From contig CAMMBL010000002.1 of the NCBI GenBank assembly GCA_946494015.1, forward strand, positions 1,379 to 65,378: a stretch of 64,000 bases of DNA, given 5' to 3'. Shown in pieces: positions 44,179 to 55,439 of the stretch (position 1 is its first letter; each line of letters begins with the position of its first letter). Both the position numbers and the translations under genes were made by a program. The notes under the pieces are model-generated. The model was given only the letters and a program-made list of their open reading frames with translations, did not search any database and had not been told where the DNA came from. Origin of the DNA: an uncultured Mycoplasmatota bacterium (GTDB taxonomy: Bacteria; Bacillota_I; Bacilli_A; RF39; UBA660).

Positions 44179-46989
44179 GTGGATAAAATAATAGTTAAGG
44201 GTGCTAGAGAAAATAATTTAAAGAATGTTTCGATAGAATTACCTAAAAATAAATTAATTGTAATGACAGGAGTTAGTGGTAGTGGTAAATCTTCTCTTGC
44301 CTTTGATACGATTTATGCTGAAGGACAAAGAAGATATGTAGAGAGTTTATCTGCTTATGCTAGACAGTTTTTAGGGGGAACAGAAAAACCTGATGTAGAT
44401 TCTATAGAAGGACTTTCTCCTGCTATTAGTATAGACCAGAAAACTACTAGTAAGAATCCTCGTAGTACAGTTGGTACGGTTACAGAAATATATGATTACT
44501 TACGTCTTTTATTTGCAAGAGTAGGGGTACCATATTGTCCTAATCATAATATTCCAATAACTAGTCAAAGTATTGAAGAAATGACTAATAAAATATTAGA
44601 ACGTGATATGGGAACTAAACTTGTTATAATGGCTCCTGTTGTTCATGGGGAGAAAGGTACTCATAAAGATTTACTTGATGATTTAAGAAAACAAGGATTT
44701 GTTAGAGTTAGAGTAAATGGAGAGATGCATGATTTAACTGAGGAGATTAATTTAGAGAAAAATAAGAAGTCTAATATTGAAGTAATTGTTGATAGAATTG
44801 TCTTAAAAGATGGTATTAGAAGTAGACTTTTTGAGTCACTTGAAGTTGCAACTAAGCTTAGTAAAGGTAAAGTAGTGGTTGATTTTCTTGGAAGTGGTGA
44901 AGTTGTTTATTCAGAAGATTTTGCATGCCCATATTGTGATTTTTCACTACCTGAACTTGAACCTCGTTTATTTAGTTTTAATGCTCCTTATGGAGCATGT
45001 CCTGAATGTAAAGGGCTTGGTATAAAATTAAAAATTGATCCTGATTTAGTTGTTCCTGATAAGAGTAAATCTTTAAAAGATGGGGCGATTGTTACTCTTG
45101 GTGATGATACTGATAACATTTATTATAAAAGACTTGAGTGTATGTGTAAGCATTATAAGATTAGTACTAGCAAGCCTTTTAAGAAGTTAACAGAAAAAGA
45201 GAAAGACTTAATTCTTTATGGAAGTGATGAGTTAATTCATTTTAACTATAAATCTAAAAGTGGTAATGTTACTAATCAGACTGATTATTATGAAGGTATT
45301 ATCAATAACTTAGAACGTCGTTATATGGAAACATCTAGTGGTTGGATTAGAGAATGGTTAGAGAAGTTTATGATTGAACAAACTTGTGAAGTATGTAATG
45401 GAGCTAGACTTGCTGATAATGTGTTATCTGTTAAAGTAGGAGATAAAAGTATCTATGAAGTAACCTTAATGAGTATTAAAGAACTTATTCCTTTTTTTGA
45501 TAATCTTAAATTAAGTGAAGAAAAAATGCAAATAGCTGATCTTATTTTAAAAGAAATTAAATCACGTTTATCGTTCTTAAAAAATGTAGGACTTGAGTAT
45601 TTAACTCTTGCTAGAAGTGCTGGAACATTAAGTGGTGGTGAAGCGCAAAGAATTAGACTTGCAACTCAAATTGGTTCTCGGTTAACAGGTGTTTTATATG
45701 TTTTAGATGAACCTAGTATAGGCCTTCATCAAAGAGATAATGATAGACTTATTAATTCTTTACTTGAAATGAGAGATTTAGGAAATACGTTAATAGTAGT
45801 AGAACATGATACAGATACTATGCTAGCTGCTGATTATTTGGTTGATGTAGGTCCTCTTGCGGGTGATAATGGTGGTAAAATTGTGGCTAAAGGGACACCA
45901 GAAGAAGTAATGAAATGTGATGATAGTATTACTGGACGTTATTTAAGTGGAAAAGAGTGTATACCTGTACCTAAAATAAGAAGAAAAGGTAATGGTAAAT
46001 TTATAACTATTAAAGGTGCCGCTGAAAATAATCTAAAAAATATAGATGTTAAAATTCCTTTAGGGACTTTTACTTGTATAACAGGAGTTAGTGGAAGTGG
46101 TAAAAGTAGTTTAATAAACGAAATACTTGTTAAAGCTGCTGCTAATACTTTATATAAATCTAAAGTGAAACCAGGTAAACATAAAAAAATACTGGGCCTT
46201 GATAATATTGATAAATTAGTAGATATATCACAAAGTCCAATTGGTAGAACCCCAAGAAGTAATCCAGCTACTTATACAGGAGTATTTGATGATATTAGAG
46301 AGTTATTTACTAATACTAAAGAAGCTAAAATGTATGGTTTTCTTAAAAATAGATTTTCTTTTAATGTAAAAGGTGGTAGATGTGAAGCTTGTCATGGTGA
46401 TGGAGTTAAAAAAATAGAGATGCATTTTTTACCTGATGTTTATGTTCCTTGTGAAGTATGTCATGGTACAAGGTATAATAGAGAAACTTTAAACATTTAT
46501 TATAAAGAGAAGAATATTGCTGATGTTTTAGATATGCGTGTTAGTGAAGCTTTAGAATTTTTTAGTAATGTTCCTAAAATTAAAAATAAACTTCAAGTTC
46601 TTGAAGATGTAGGTCTTGGTTATATTAAATTAGGACAAAGTGCTCCTACTTTATCTGGAGGAGAGGCGGAAAGAGTTAAACTTGCTAAAGAGTTGCAGAA
46701 AAAAGCGACAGGAAAGACATTATATGTTTTAGATGAACCAACGACAGGATTACATTCAGCTGATATTAAGAAGCTACTTGCAATTTTACAAAAAATAGTT
46801 GATAATAAAGATACCGTAGTAGTTATTGAACATAACCTTGATGTTATTAAATGTGCTGATCATATTATTGATTTAGGGCCTGAAGGTGGAGATTTAGGTG
46901 GCAATGTTGTTGCTATTGGTACACCTGAAGAAATTAGTGAGGTTAAAGAATCTTATACAGGTAAATTTTTAAAGAAAATTTTAAAGTGA
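44179..46989 (+). CDS. uvrA: Excinuclease ABC subunit A
   Basis: [16 protein letters not shown] start, two ABC modules (GVSGSGKSS twice, LSGGEAQR / LSGGEAER), zinc fingers. The GTG at 44179 follows AGGAAGTGG. Confidence 0.95.
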   Translation: MDKIIVKGARENNLKNVSIELPKNKLIVMTGVSGSGKSSLAFDTIYAEGQRRYVESLSAYARQFLGGTEKPDVDSIEGLSPAISIDQKTTSKNPRSTVGTVTEIYDYLRLLFARVGVPYCPNHNIPITSQSIEEMTNKILERDMGTKLVIMAPVVHGEKGTHKDLLDDLRKQGFVRVRVNGEMHDLTEEINLEKNKKSNIEVIVDRIVLKDGIRSRLFESLEVATKLSKGKVVVDFLGSGEVVYSEDFACPYCDFSLPELEPRLFSFNAPYGACPECKGLGIKLKIDPDLVVPDKSKSLKDGAIVTLGDDTDNIYYKRLECMCKHYKISTSKPFKKLTEKEKDLILYGSDELIHFNYKSKSGNVTNQTDYYEGIINNLERRYMETSSGWIREWLEKFMIEQTCEVCNGARLADNVLSVKVGDKSIYEVTLMSIKELIPFFDNLKLSEEKMQIADLILKEIKSRLSFLKNVGLEYLTLARSAGTLSGGEAQRIRLATQIGSRLTGVLYVLDEPSIGLHQRDNDRLINSLLEMRDLGNTLIVVEHDTDTMLAADYLVDVGPLAGDNGGKIVAKGTPEEVMKCDDSITGRYLSGKECIPVPKIRRKGNGKFITIKGAAENNLKNIDVKIPLGTFTCITGVSGSGKSSLINEILVKAAANTLYKSKVKPGKHKKILGLDNIDKLVDISQSPIGRTPRSNPATYTGVFDDIRELFTNTKEAKMYGFLKNRFSFNVKGGRCEACHGDGVKKIEMHFLPDVYVPCEVCHGTRYNRETLNIYYKEKNIADVLDMRVSEALEFFSNVPKIKNKLQVLEDVGLGYIKLGQSAPTLSGGEAERVKLAKELQKKATGKTLYVLDEPTTGLHSADIKKLLAILQKIVDNKDTVVVIEHNLDVIKCADHIIDLGPEGGDLGGNVVAIGTPEEISEVKESYTGKFLKKILK

Positions 46990-47004
46990 AAATAGGAGGC
47001 TAAA

Positions 47005-47433
47005 ATGAGAATAATTGTAGCGACAAAAGAAAAAATCAGGTTAAATAGATTTTTAGAATGGCTTTTGTACTTTACAAGTTATTCTTTAGTCTTCTTTTTA
47101 ATTTCAAAAGTATTTAAATCATTTTATATAGATCCAGCTCATCCTATATTTTTTTCAATACTAGCTTCATTTATTATTTATATTTTAAATAAGACAGTTA
47201 AACCAATTCTTGTTAGATTAACAATACCAGTTACAGCTTTGACTCTTGGATTATTTTATCCTTTTATAAATTTGTTTATTTTAAAACTTACAGATTGGAT
47301 ATTAGGTAAATATTTTAATCTTTTAGATATTTGGGTAGCTCTTGTTATTTCTATATTAATTTCTGTTGTAAACGTTTTAATAGAGGAATTTGTGATTAAA
47401 CCTATTATTAGAAAGGTTAAACATCATGGATAG
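47005..47433 (+). CDS. Phage_holin_4_2 (YvlD/DUF360) family membrane protein
   Basis: 142 aa, 4 TM segments, NKTVKPILVRLTIPVTALTLGLF motif. Confidence 0.65.
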   Translation: MRIIVATKEKIRLNRFLEWLLYFTSYSLVFFLISKVFKSFYIDPAHPIFFSILASFIIYILNKTVKPILVRLTIPVTALTLGLFYPFINLFILKLTDWILGKYFNLLDIWVALVISILISVVNVLIEEFVIKPIIRKVKHHG

Positions 47434-48220
47434 AGTACTTTTAGATTTAGGGGTTATAAAAATATATTATTATTCACTATTTATTTTTTTAGGTATTTTA
47501 GTAGGTATTTTAGTAGTGTTTTTAGAACTTAGAAAAGAAAAGGTTAATAAAGATAAATTTTTTGATATGTTTTTCTATACAATTATCTTTGCTTTTATAG
47601 GGGCCAGAGTTTATTATGTTTTATTTAATTTATCATATTATTTATCTAATCCTTTAGAAATATTTTATATATGGCATGGAGGTCTTGCTATTCATGGAGG
47701 CATACTCGGCGGACTTTTATATCTTTGGTATTATAGTAGAAAACATAAATTAAATCTTTTGAAACTTTTGGATATACTAGTAGTAGGTCTTATTATAGGA
47801 CAAGCGATAGGTAGATGGGGTAACTTCTTTAATAGTGAAGCTTATGGATATGTTACATCATATGGTTATTTAAAGAGCTTATATATACCAGAATTTATTA
47901 TTAGAGGTATGTATATTAATGGCGATTATTATATGCCAACATTCTTCTTTGAGTCATGTTGGAATGTAATTGGTTTTATAATTCTTTTAGTAATTAGAAA
48001 GTTTTATAAAAATTTAAAGACAGGACAATTGTTAGGATTTTATCTGATGTGGTATTCATTTATTAGATTTATTATAGAAGGAATGAGACTAGATAGTTTA
48101 ATGTTAGGTTCTGTTAGAGTGGCTCAGCTTGTATCAGTTGTTTTGTTTGCTATAGGTGTTTATTTTGTTTTTATTCGTAAGAGTAAAAAAATATATAAAA
48201 AGGAGAAGATTTATGAATAA
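47426..48220 (+). CDS. lgt: Prolipoprotein diacylglyceryl transferase
   Basis: GARVYYV, HGGLAIHGG and GRWGNFFNSEAYG motifs. Confidence 0.92.
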   Translation: MDRVLLDLGVIKIYYYSLFIFLGILVGILVVFLELRKEKVNKDKFFDMFFYTIIFAFIGARVYYVLFNLSYYLSNPLEIFYIWHGGLAIHGGILGGLLYLWYYSRKHKLNLLKLLDILVVGLIIGQAIGRWGNFFNSEAYGYVTSYGYLKSLYIPEFIIRGMYINGDYYMPTFFFESCWNVIGFIILLVIRKFYKNLKTGQLLGFYLMWYSFIRFIIEGMRLDSLMLGSVRVAQLVSVVLFAIGVYFVFIRKSKKIYKKEKIYE

Positions 48221-49094
48221 TAAATATAAAGTAGTTATAATTGGCTGTGGGGTAGCAGGAATGACCGCAGCTTTATACTTAAATAGGGCAGGTATTGATT
48301 GTGTTATTTTAGAGAAGTCTATGCCGGGAGGACAGATAGTTGATAATGGAAATATTATGAACTTTCCTTCATATGAATCTATCAGTGGAAGTGATTTAGC
48401 TTTAAAGATGTTAAAACAGATTACTGATTTAGGGGTTCCTGTAAAATATGAAGAAGTTATTGATATTAAAGTAGATAAAGGGAAAAAGGTCATTACTAGT
48501 AAGGGTGATTATATCTGTGATTATGTAATAATTGCTACAGGTCGTAAGCCTAAATTACTTGGAGTTAAAGGTGAAGATGAACTTAGAACTAAAGGAATAA
48601 GTTATTGTGCTGTTTGTGATGGGTCTTTATATAAAGATAAAAATGTAGTTGTTGTGGGTGCAAGTGATGCAGCTTTTGAAGGAGCGATATACTTAAGTAA
48701 ATTGGCTTCATCTGTTACTGTTTTATATCGTAATGAGTTTAGAGCGAAAGCTTATTTACAAGAGATTATTAAAAAAATAGACAATATTTCTTTTGTAAGA
48801 GGAGAAGTAGCAAGTTTTTCTAAAGATGATAAAATTACTATTAAGACAAAAGATGATAAAAATATAATTACTGATGGTGTTTTTATTTATATAGGACAAG
48901 TTCCTAATGCTAATTTTGCTTCTGAGTTAAATATTTTAGATGATAAGGGTTATATTAAAACAGATAATAATTTAATGACTTCTATAGATGGAATTTATGC
49001 TATTGGTGATAGTCTTAATAAAAATGATTATCAAATAGTTATAGCTATGGGAGAAGCAGCCCGGGTTGCTTTAGAAATTTCAAGGAAGGTGTAG
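48213..49094 (+). CDS. trxB: Thioredoxin reductase-like flavoprotein (CAVCDG redox centre, degenerate NADPH motifs)
   Basis: FAD motif GCGVAGMTAA, redox CAVCDG, GD motif AIGD. The NADPH loop reads GASDAA instead of GGGxxA, and YRNEFRA replaces HRRxxxR. The ATG at 48213 follows AGGAGAAG. Confidence 0.75.
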   Translation: MNNKYKVVIIGCGVAGMTAALYLNRAGIDCVILEKSMPGGQIVDNGNIMNFPSYESISGSDLALKMLKQITDLGVPVKYEEVIDIKVDKGKKVITSKGDYICDYVIIATGRKPKLLGVKGEDELRTKGISYCAVCDGSLYKDKNVVVVGASDAAFEGAIYLSKLASSVTVLYRNEFRAKAYLQEIIKKIDNISFVRGEVASFSKDDKITIKTKDDKNIITDGVFIYIGQVPNANFASELNILDDKGYIKTDNNLMTSIDGIYAIGDSLNKNDYQIVIAMGEAARVALEISRKV

Positions 49095-49097
49095 ATT

Positions 49098-50048
49098 ATG
49101 AATAAAAAAGTAGTGGTTTTTGGGGGTGGGACAGGACTTTCTTATTTACTTAAAGGACTTAAAGATTTTCCTTTAGATATAACAGCGGTTATTACTGTTT
49201 CTGATAGTGGAAGAAGTACAGGTAAATTAAGAGAAGAATTTCATGTTCCCGCAGTAGGCGATATTAGACAAGTACTTACAAGTTTATCTTCAACCAGTAA
49301 AAATATTAAAAAAATGCTAGAGTATCGCTTTAATACTACTAGTGATTTGGATGGTCATGCGTTAGGTAATTTAATATTAATTTCTCTTTTAAATATTACT
49401 GGAAGTTTAAAAGAATCTATCGCTGAATTATGTACACTTTTAGATATTAAAAATAAAGTATTACCTTTAACAGAGGATGCTAATATTACTTTAATGGCTG
49501 AAATGACTGATAAGACAATTATTGAAGGAGAAGAAAATATTACTAAATGTGATAAAAAAGTAAAAAGACTTTTTTATAAAGAAGAACCTAAAGTATTAGA
49601 TGAAGTTAAAGATGCTATTAAAGATGCTGATTTAGTTATTTTTAGTATGGGTAGTCTTTATACTAGTTTACTTCCTCATCTTATTTCTAAAGAAATTATA
49701 ACTAGTTTGGATATGACAAAAGCTAATATTATGTACTTGTGTAATATTGTAACCCAACCGGGTGAAACAGATGATTTTACTGTAAGTGATCATATTAAGC
49801 TTATTAATAGTTATTTAGGTAAACATAAATTAGATGTTGTTATTGCTTCTAATTCTAAAATTAGTGAAGAAATGGCTTTAAGGTATGCTAATGAAGAAAG
49901 GAAAGATCCTGTGAAAATTGATTATCCTGTTTTATCTAAATTAGATACAGAATTTATTGAAGCTGACTTACTTACAATTGCTGATAATACTTTAAAACAT
50001 CATAGTCAGAAACTTAGTGCTTTAATTTTTTCATATTTAATGAGGTGA
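49098..50048 (+). CDS. yvcK: YvcK/CofD-family gluconeogenesis/morphogenesis factor
   Basis: VVVFGGGTGLSYLLKGLK N-terminus. Precedes whiA as in Bacillus. Confidence 0.85.
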   Translation: MNKKVVVFGGGTGLSYLLKGLKDFPLDITAVITVSDSGRSTGKLREEFHVPAVGDIRQVLTSLSSTSKNIKKMLEYRFNTTSDLDGHALGNLILISLLNITGSLKESIAELCTLLDIKNKVLPLTEDANITLMAEMTDKTIIEGEENITKCDKKVKRLFYKEEPKVLDEVKDAIKDADLVIFSMGSLYTSLLPHLISKEIITSLDMTKANIMYLCNIVTQPGETDDFTVSDHIKLINSYLGKHKLDVVIASNSKISEEMALRYANEERKDPVKIDYPVLSKLDTEFIEADLLTIADNTLKHHSQKLSALIFSYLMR

Positions 50049-50053
50049 TAGTT

Positions 50054-50962
50054 ATGTCTTTTACAGTTAAAGTAAAAAATGAGATAACAACATTAGATAT
50101 TTCGGAAACAGCTAAAATAGCTTTAATTTCAGCATTTTTTCGAAATAATTATCAATTAATTGATGGGAATCTTGTAGTTAGTAGTGAAAATGATAGAGTT
50201 ATTTCATATTTAAAAGAGTTATTTGATAGTTATGAAGAAATTTCTTATAAAGAGGAATTTCTTGATAATAATAATTTTAGTAAAAATAAACTTAAGGCTT
50301 TGATTATTATAAAAGGTTTTGATTTTATTAAAGATGCTTTTTGTTTAACTGATATGGTGGTTCCTAATTATTTAGTTGAATCTGATGATGATATTAGGGG
50401 TTATTTAAGAGGAGTTTTTCTTAGTAGTGGAAGTATTAATGATCCTAAAACAAGTAGATATCATTTAGAGTTTTTAATTAATAAAAAGGATGAAGTTGTT
50501 TTTGTTCAGAAACTTCTTAATAATTATTTATTAAATGCTAAATTACTTAATCGTGATAAAGGATATATGTTATATATTAAAGAAGCTGATAAGATTAGTG
50601 ATTTTTTAAAAATTATTGGTGTGACTAAGGCGGTTTTATACTATGAAGAAATAAGAGTATATAGAGATAAAAAAAATAAGACTAATCGTCTTAATAATTG
50701 TGAACAAGCTAATATGGATCGGGTTTTACAAACATCTTTAGAACAGTTAAAGTATATTAAAACATTAGAAGATAATTTAGCGATTGAATTGCTTGATGAG
50801 AAAACAAAAGAAGCTTTAGAATATCGAAAAAAATATCAAGAAGCATCGCTTAAAGAGTTAAGTGAAATTATAAGTTTGGAAACTGGTAAATCTATAACTA
50901 AATCTGGTTTAAATCATCGATTTAGAAAAATAAAAGAACTGGCTATGAAGTTTATGAATTAA
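50054..50962 (+). CDS. whiA: DNA-binding sporulation/cell-division regulator WhiA
   Basis: SFT.KVKNEI start, LAGLIDADG-like core, C-terminal HTH (KSGLNHRFRKI). GAGGTGA RBS. Confidence 0.88.
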   Translation: MSFTVKVKNEITTLDISETAKIALISAFFRNNYQLIDGNLVVSSENDRVISYLKELFDSYEEISYKEEFLDNNNFSKNKLKALIIIKGFDFIKDAFCLTDMVVPNYLVESDDDIRGYLRGVFLSSGSINDPKTSRYHLEFLINKKDEVVFVQKLLNNYLLNAKLLNRDKGYMLYIKEADKISDFLKIIGVTKAVLYYEEIRVYRDKKNKTNRLNNCEQANMDRVLQTSLEQLKYIKTLEDNLAIELLDEKTKEALEYRKKYQEASLKELSEIISLETGKSITKSGLNHRFRKIKELAMKFMN

Positions 50963-50991
50963 GAAAATCATTAATAATTAATGATTTTCTT
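50961..50991. terminator. Bidirectional terminator between convergent whiA and clpP
   Basis: Perfect 14-bp palindromic arms AAGAAAATCATTAA / TTAATGATTTTCTT with a 3-nt loop, flanked by A and T runs. Confidence 0.8.
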
Positions 50992-51559
50992 AGAGAACTT
51001 TATCTATTAGTCCATAGTTTTTAGCCTCTTTAGCTTCAAGAAAATAATCTCTTTCTGTATCTTGTTCAATTTTTTCAAGCTTTTGTCCTGTATTTTCGGC
51101 TAATATTTTATTAAGCTTTTTTTTCGTTTTTAGAATATGTTCTGCGGCTATTTTTATTTCTGTTGCTTGTCCTTCAGCACCTCCAAGGGGTTGATGAATC
51201 ATTACTTCACTATTAGGTAAGGCGTATCTTTTACCTTTTTTACCACTTGAAAGAAGAAAAGCGGCCATAGAAGCTGATAAGCCCATACAAATTGTTGAAA
51301 CATCGCTTTTTATTAAATTCATAGTATCATAAATAGCAAAACCTGCTGTTACTGATCCACCAGGTGAGTTTATATATAAAGATATATCATTATGATTTAA
51401 TGAATCTAAATATAAAAGTTCAGCGACAATTGTATTTGCTACTTCATCATTAATAGTTCCACTTAATATAATAATTCTATTTTTTAATAATTTAGAAAAA
51501 ATATCATAGCTTCTTTCACCATTTATTTCTTTGTCAACAATCATTGGTATTAAATTCAT
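50990..51559 (-). CDS. clpP: ATP-dependent Clp protease proteolytic subunit
   Basis: [16 protein letters not shown], catalytic GLSASMAA (Ser), IHQPLGG (His). GGTGA RBS before the ATG at 51559. Confidence 0.95.
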   Translation of the reverse strand: MNLIPMIVDKEINGERSYDIFSKLLKNRIIILSGTINDEVANTIVAELLYLDSLNHNDISLYINSPGGSVTAGFAIYDTMNLIKSDVSTICMGLSASMAAFLLSSGKKGKRYALPNSEVMIHQPLGGAEGQATEIKIAAEHILKTKKKLNKILAENTGQKLEKIEQDTERDYFLEAKEAKNYGLIDKVL

Positions 51560-51682
51560 GTTATCACCTACTTCTACTATATCCAAATATAATTTAAATT
51601 ATACCTTACAAGATGTGGCAAATTTATTAGACTTTGTATGTTAATTTTGATATAATCGATTATAGAGTAAGAGGGTGTTATA

Positions 51683-53338
51683 ATGATTGAAGAAATTAAA
51701 GTAGTAGTTAATGATAAAGAGGAAATTGTTCCTCGTGGTATTACTTTATTACAACTTAGTAAAGAATATCAAAAAGATTATCGCTTTCCTATAATACTTG
51801 CAAGTGTTAATAATGTATATAAAGAACTTAGTTATGTTATTAATGAACCTTGTGGTATTCATTTTTATGATTTAAATTCTAAAATTGGAAATAGGGCACA
51901 TATTGCTGGTCTTACCTTTCTTTTAGTAGTAGCAGTTAAAGAAATATTTGGTTTAGATGCTAATATTAAAGTAATGCATTCTATTGATAAAGGTATTTAT
52001 ATAGAAACAAGTTTCCCTTTAACGGAAACAATTTTAAAATCTATTGCTAAGAAAATGTTAAAATTAATAGAGATGGATTTAGCTATTACTAAAGTTAGTG
52101 TAGAAAGAATATCAGCTATTCATTATTTTGAGAGTATTAATGATTTATCAAAAGCAAGAATAATGAAGTATAATACTAATACTTTTATTACTCTTTATAG
52201 ACTTTCTAATTATTATAATTATTTTTATCATCAAATGCCACCATCTACTTCTAGTTTGAAAGAGTTTAAACTTACCTATTTAAATGATAATGGATTTGTT
52301 TTACAGTTTCCTACAGCTTTTTCTCATAATCAAATTAAACCTTATGTTCATCATGAAAATATGTTTAAAGTATTTAAAGAATGTAGAGATTGGACTAAAC
52401 TTATGAAAATCGAAACTGTAGCTGATTTAAATGAAGTTGTAAGTAAAGGTAAGATTGCTGATTTAATTAGAATAGATGAAACTTTACAGAGTAATAGACT
52501 TTTAAATGTAGCAAAAAAAATAGTTGCTTCTAAAAAAGATAAAAAAATTATTTTACTTGCTGGTCCTTCTTCTAGTGGTAAAACTACTACTACTACTAAA
52601 CTTTGTATGTATTTAAGAAGTTTTGGTCTTAATCCTAAGATGATTAGTATGGATAATTATTTTGTTGATAGAGATAATACGCCTTTAGATGAAAAAGGTG
52701 AAAAAGATTATGAAGCTTTTGAAGCAGTTGATAACAAATTATTAACTAAACAAATTACAGATTTATTAGAGGGTAAAGAGGTTATGGCACCTATATATGA
52801 TTTTAAGGCTGGAGTTAAAGAGTTTGTTAAAGAATTAAAACTAGAAAAAGATGATATTCTTTTAATAGAAGGTATACATGCTTTAAATCCTAAAGTTTTA
52901 AAAGATATTCCTATGAAAAATAAATTTAAGATTTATTTATCAGCTTTAACTGAACTTAATATAGATAACCATAATCGTTTTCCAACTACAGATAATCGCC
53001 TTTTAAGAAGAATTATTAGAGATAATAGAACAAGAGGATATAACGTTGTTGATACTTTGAAAGTCTGGTCTAATGTAAGAAGGGGAGAGGAAAAATATAT
53101 TTTTCCTTATCAAGATGAAGCGGATGTTACTATTAATACAGCTTTAATTTATGAACTTGGAGTTTTAAAAACTTATGTAGAACCACTTTTATATTCTGTT
53201 GATGAAGATTCTATTTATTATGAAGAAGCGAAAAGACTTCTTAATATTTTGGGACTTATTTTACCTATTCCAAGTGAGAGTATTCCAGCTGATTCTATAA
53301 TTAGAGAATTTATTGGAGGTAGTTGTTTTCATGAATAA
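51683..53338 (+). CDS. Uridine kinase/phosphoribulokinase-family nucleoside kinase with a TGS/ThrRS-like N-terminal extension
   Basis: P-loop GPSSSGKTTT, ILLIEGIHALNP, C-terminal RD..RG. 551 aa. An extended -10 TGaTATAAT lies near 51644-51652. Confidence 0.7.
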   Translation: MIEEIKVVVNDKEEIVPRGITLLQLSKEYQKDYRFPIILASVNNVYKELSYVINEPCGIHFYDLNSKIGNRAHIAGLTFLLVVAVKEIFGLDANIKVMHSIDKGIYIETSFPLTETILKSIAKKMLKLIEMDLAITKVSVERISAIHYFESINDLSKARIMKYNTNTFITLYRLSNYYNYFYHQMPPSTSSLKEFKLTYLNDNGFVLQFPTAFSHNQIKPYVHHENMFKVFKECRDWTKLMKIETVADLNEVVSKGKIADLIRIDETLQSNRLLNVAKKIVASKKDKKIILLAGPSSSGKTTTTTKLCMYLRSFGLNPKMISMDNYFVDRDNTPLDEKGEKDYEAFEAVDNKLLTKQITDLLEGKEVMAPIYDFKAGVKEFVKELKLEKDDILLIEGIHALNPKVLKDIPMKNKFKIYLSALTELNIDNHNRFPTTDNRLLRRIIRDNRTRGYNVVDTLKVWSNVRRGEEKYIFPYQDEADVTINTALIYELGVLKTYVEPLLYSVDEDSIYYEEAKRLLNILGLILPIPSESIPADSIIREFIGGSCFHE

Positions 53339-53372
53339 AAAAACTTGATGTTAATAAATTTATCAAGTTTTT

Positions 53373-54023
53373 TTAAATTTTTATAAATTTATCTTTGCTT
53401 ACCCCACAAATAGGACATTTCCAATCATCTTCTAGATCTTCAAATTTAACTTTTTCTTTAGCATCATCATAAATATAGCCACATATACTACATTTATATT
53501 TATTACTAGTAAAATTATTATTTTCTTCTATATATGTTGGGGCTTTCTTAGGAGCTTTACCTTTTAATTTTTCATGATAATACTTATATGTCATTGGTGT
53601 ATTATTAGTTAGTTTTTTAGTTTCTTTTATTTCAATTATAAAAATATCATGAGTATTTACATCAATTACTTTAATAACATTTCCTATTAAATAACCACAC
53701 ATATCTTCTGTTACTATTGGTAAATTACTAATAGTTGTCCATTTAATATTTGTAAATTTATCAGTATCTTTTGATGAGAAATAACCAAACTTGGCAATAA
53801 TTTCTTTATTTGTTTGTTCTGATAGAATTGAAATAGCACACTTTTTAGTTTCTTTTAAAACTTTATTAGTATAGTTTTCTTTGTTTAAACTAATAGAAAC
53901 AGTCGGATTTTTAGAAGTTATTTGTGATAGAGTATTAATAAAACAGCCTATGTTTTTATCATTTTCTTTTGTAGTTATTATATACATTCCATAACTAATA
54001 TCATTAAATATTGCTAAATCCAT
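53373..54023 (-). CDS. Flavin reductase-like domain fused to a C-terminal rubredoxin
   Basis: C-terminal [10 protein letters not shown]...W.CPICG rubredoxin knuckles. The N-terminal ~160 aa look like an FMN-binding split barrel (YGMYIITT). Confidence 0.75.
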   Translation of the reverse strand: MDLAIFNDISYGMYIITTKENDKNIGCFINTLSQITSKNPTVSISLNKENYTNKVLKETKKCAISILSEQTNKEIIAKFGYFSSKDTDKFTNIKWTTISNLPIVTEDMCGYLIGNVIKVIDVNTHDIFIIEIKETKKLTNNTPMTYKYYHEKLKGKAPKKAPTYIEENNNFTSNKYKCSICGYIYDDAKEKVKFEDLEDDWKCPICGVSKDKFIKI

Positions 54024-54116
54024 TTAATCATCCCTTTCTTTTTTATTATATCAAAGAAGTTGATTTTTGTAATTTGTTATGCTATTTTTAGAATATACTA
54101 AAATATTGGAGGTATT

Positions 54117-55295
54117 ATGAGTAAATTTGATAAAGATTATGTTGAATTATTAAAAGAAATTTTATCTAAAGGGGTAGAAGTAGAGAATAGAACTGGTATT
54201 AATACTTTTAAAATTCCTAGTTATAATTTTGAATTTGATTTGCAAAATGAATTTCCTATTTTGCAGACAAAACAAACATTTTATAAAAATGCAATAATTT
54301 AGATGCTTTGGATTTGGCAAATGCAATCTAATGATGTTAGAGAACTTCATAAACGGGGCGTTCATATTTGGGACGAATGGATGGTTGATGAAGATGGAAT
54401 TTATCGTATTTATGAACCTGTTACAGATAAATATGATAAAGATAAAGAAGTAGTTGTATATGATCCTTTAAGTGTTCCTGTAGAGAATCCTACAGGTGAA
54501 TTGAAACCTAAATATAATGAAGATGGTAAAATAATGACTGCTAAAAGTTTAATAGAAGGTAAAAATATTAAAGAGGCTAAATTTTTTGGTAAGGAGTATG
54601 CTTATACAATTGGGACTGCTTATGGATTTATTACTAATAGATATAAACATACACAAAACTTAATTAATACTTTAAGAAATAATAAAATAGATCGGCGAAT
54701 GGTTAAAAGTTTATGGCAAGATGAGTTTTTAAGAACAGCGGTATTACCTTCTTGTGTATGGTCAACAGAATGGGATGTTACTGCTGATACTTTAAATTTA
54801 TCTGTTCATCAAAGAAGTTGTGATACTCCTTTAGGTTTACCTTTTAATGTAACACAGTATGCAACGCTTTTAAAAATGATTGCCCAAGTTACAGATTTGG
54901 AAGCTGGTAAGATAAATTATTCTATTAAAGATGCTCATATTTATGTTAATCAAATAGATGGTATTAAAGAACAAATAGCTAGATATAAAAGATATAGAGA
55001 GCTTTTAAATCAATATAAAGATCATTTTAATGATTTTAAGAATTATGAAATGTCTTTGAATTTATTTATTGATAAATTGGAAGAAAGACCAGATATTTTA
55101 GAAACTGAATATATTAAAAATTGTAAATTAGATAAGAAGATTATTGATATTATTGAAAGTGAAGAAAAACCTTATTTGTGGTTAGATAAAAATATAAAAG
55201 AATTTTCTTCTTTTGATAATTCAAAAGAATTAAAACATAGTAAGATAAAAAGTTATAAGCATATGGGAAGAATTGATTTTCCAATTGCTCAGTAA
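54117..55295 (+). pseudogene. thyA: Thymidylate synthase ThyA interrupted by an in-frame TAG at 54300-54302 and carrying two large insertions
   Basis: NRTG, FPILQTK, then II-TAG-MLWIW where ThyA normally has ELLWF. IWDEW, catalytic LPSCVW, HQRSCDTPLGLPFNV, DAHIYVNQ and terminal IDFPIAQ are all in one frame. Confidence 0.8.
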
Positions 55296-55309
55296 TTTGC
55301 TATTTTCTA

Positions 55310-55338
55310 TTGACAATAAAATATCTTAATGCTATATT
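55310..55338 (+). promoter_or_regulatory. Strong sigma-A promoter TTGACA-17-TATATT for the str operon
   Basis: Read directly. Confidence 0.75.
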
Positions 55339-55358
55339 ATGTATGCTGGTTTAAATTT

Positions 55359-55379
55359 AATTTTGCCTTAGGCAAAATT
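55359..55379 (+). promoter_or_regulatory. Leader hairpin AATTTTGCC-tta-GGCAAAATT followed by a T-rich run in the rpsL 5' UTR
   Basis: Read directly. Flanking bases extend the helix imperfectly (55352-55386). Confidence 0.4.
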
Positions 55380-55439
55380 TTATTTAAAACTAAATATGAT
55401 ACACCTGGATATGTGTAAAGAAAGGAGCGATATATTACA

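Noticed and set aside
51560-51682. CtsR operator (GGTCAAA direct repeat) in the clpP and clpC upstream regions
   Set aside because: No GGTCAAA heptads were seen in either region.
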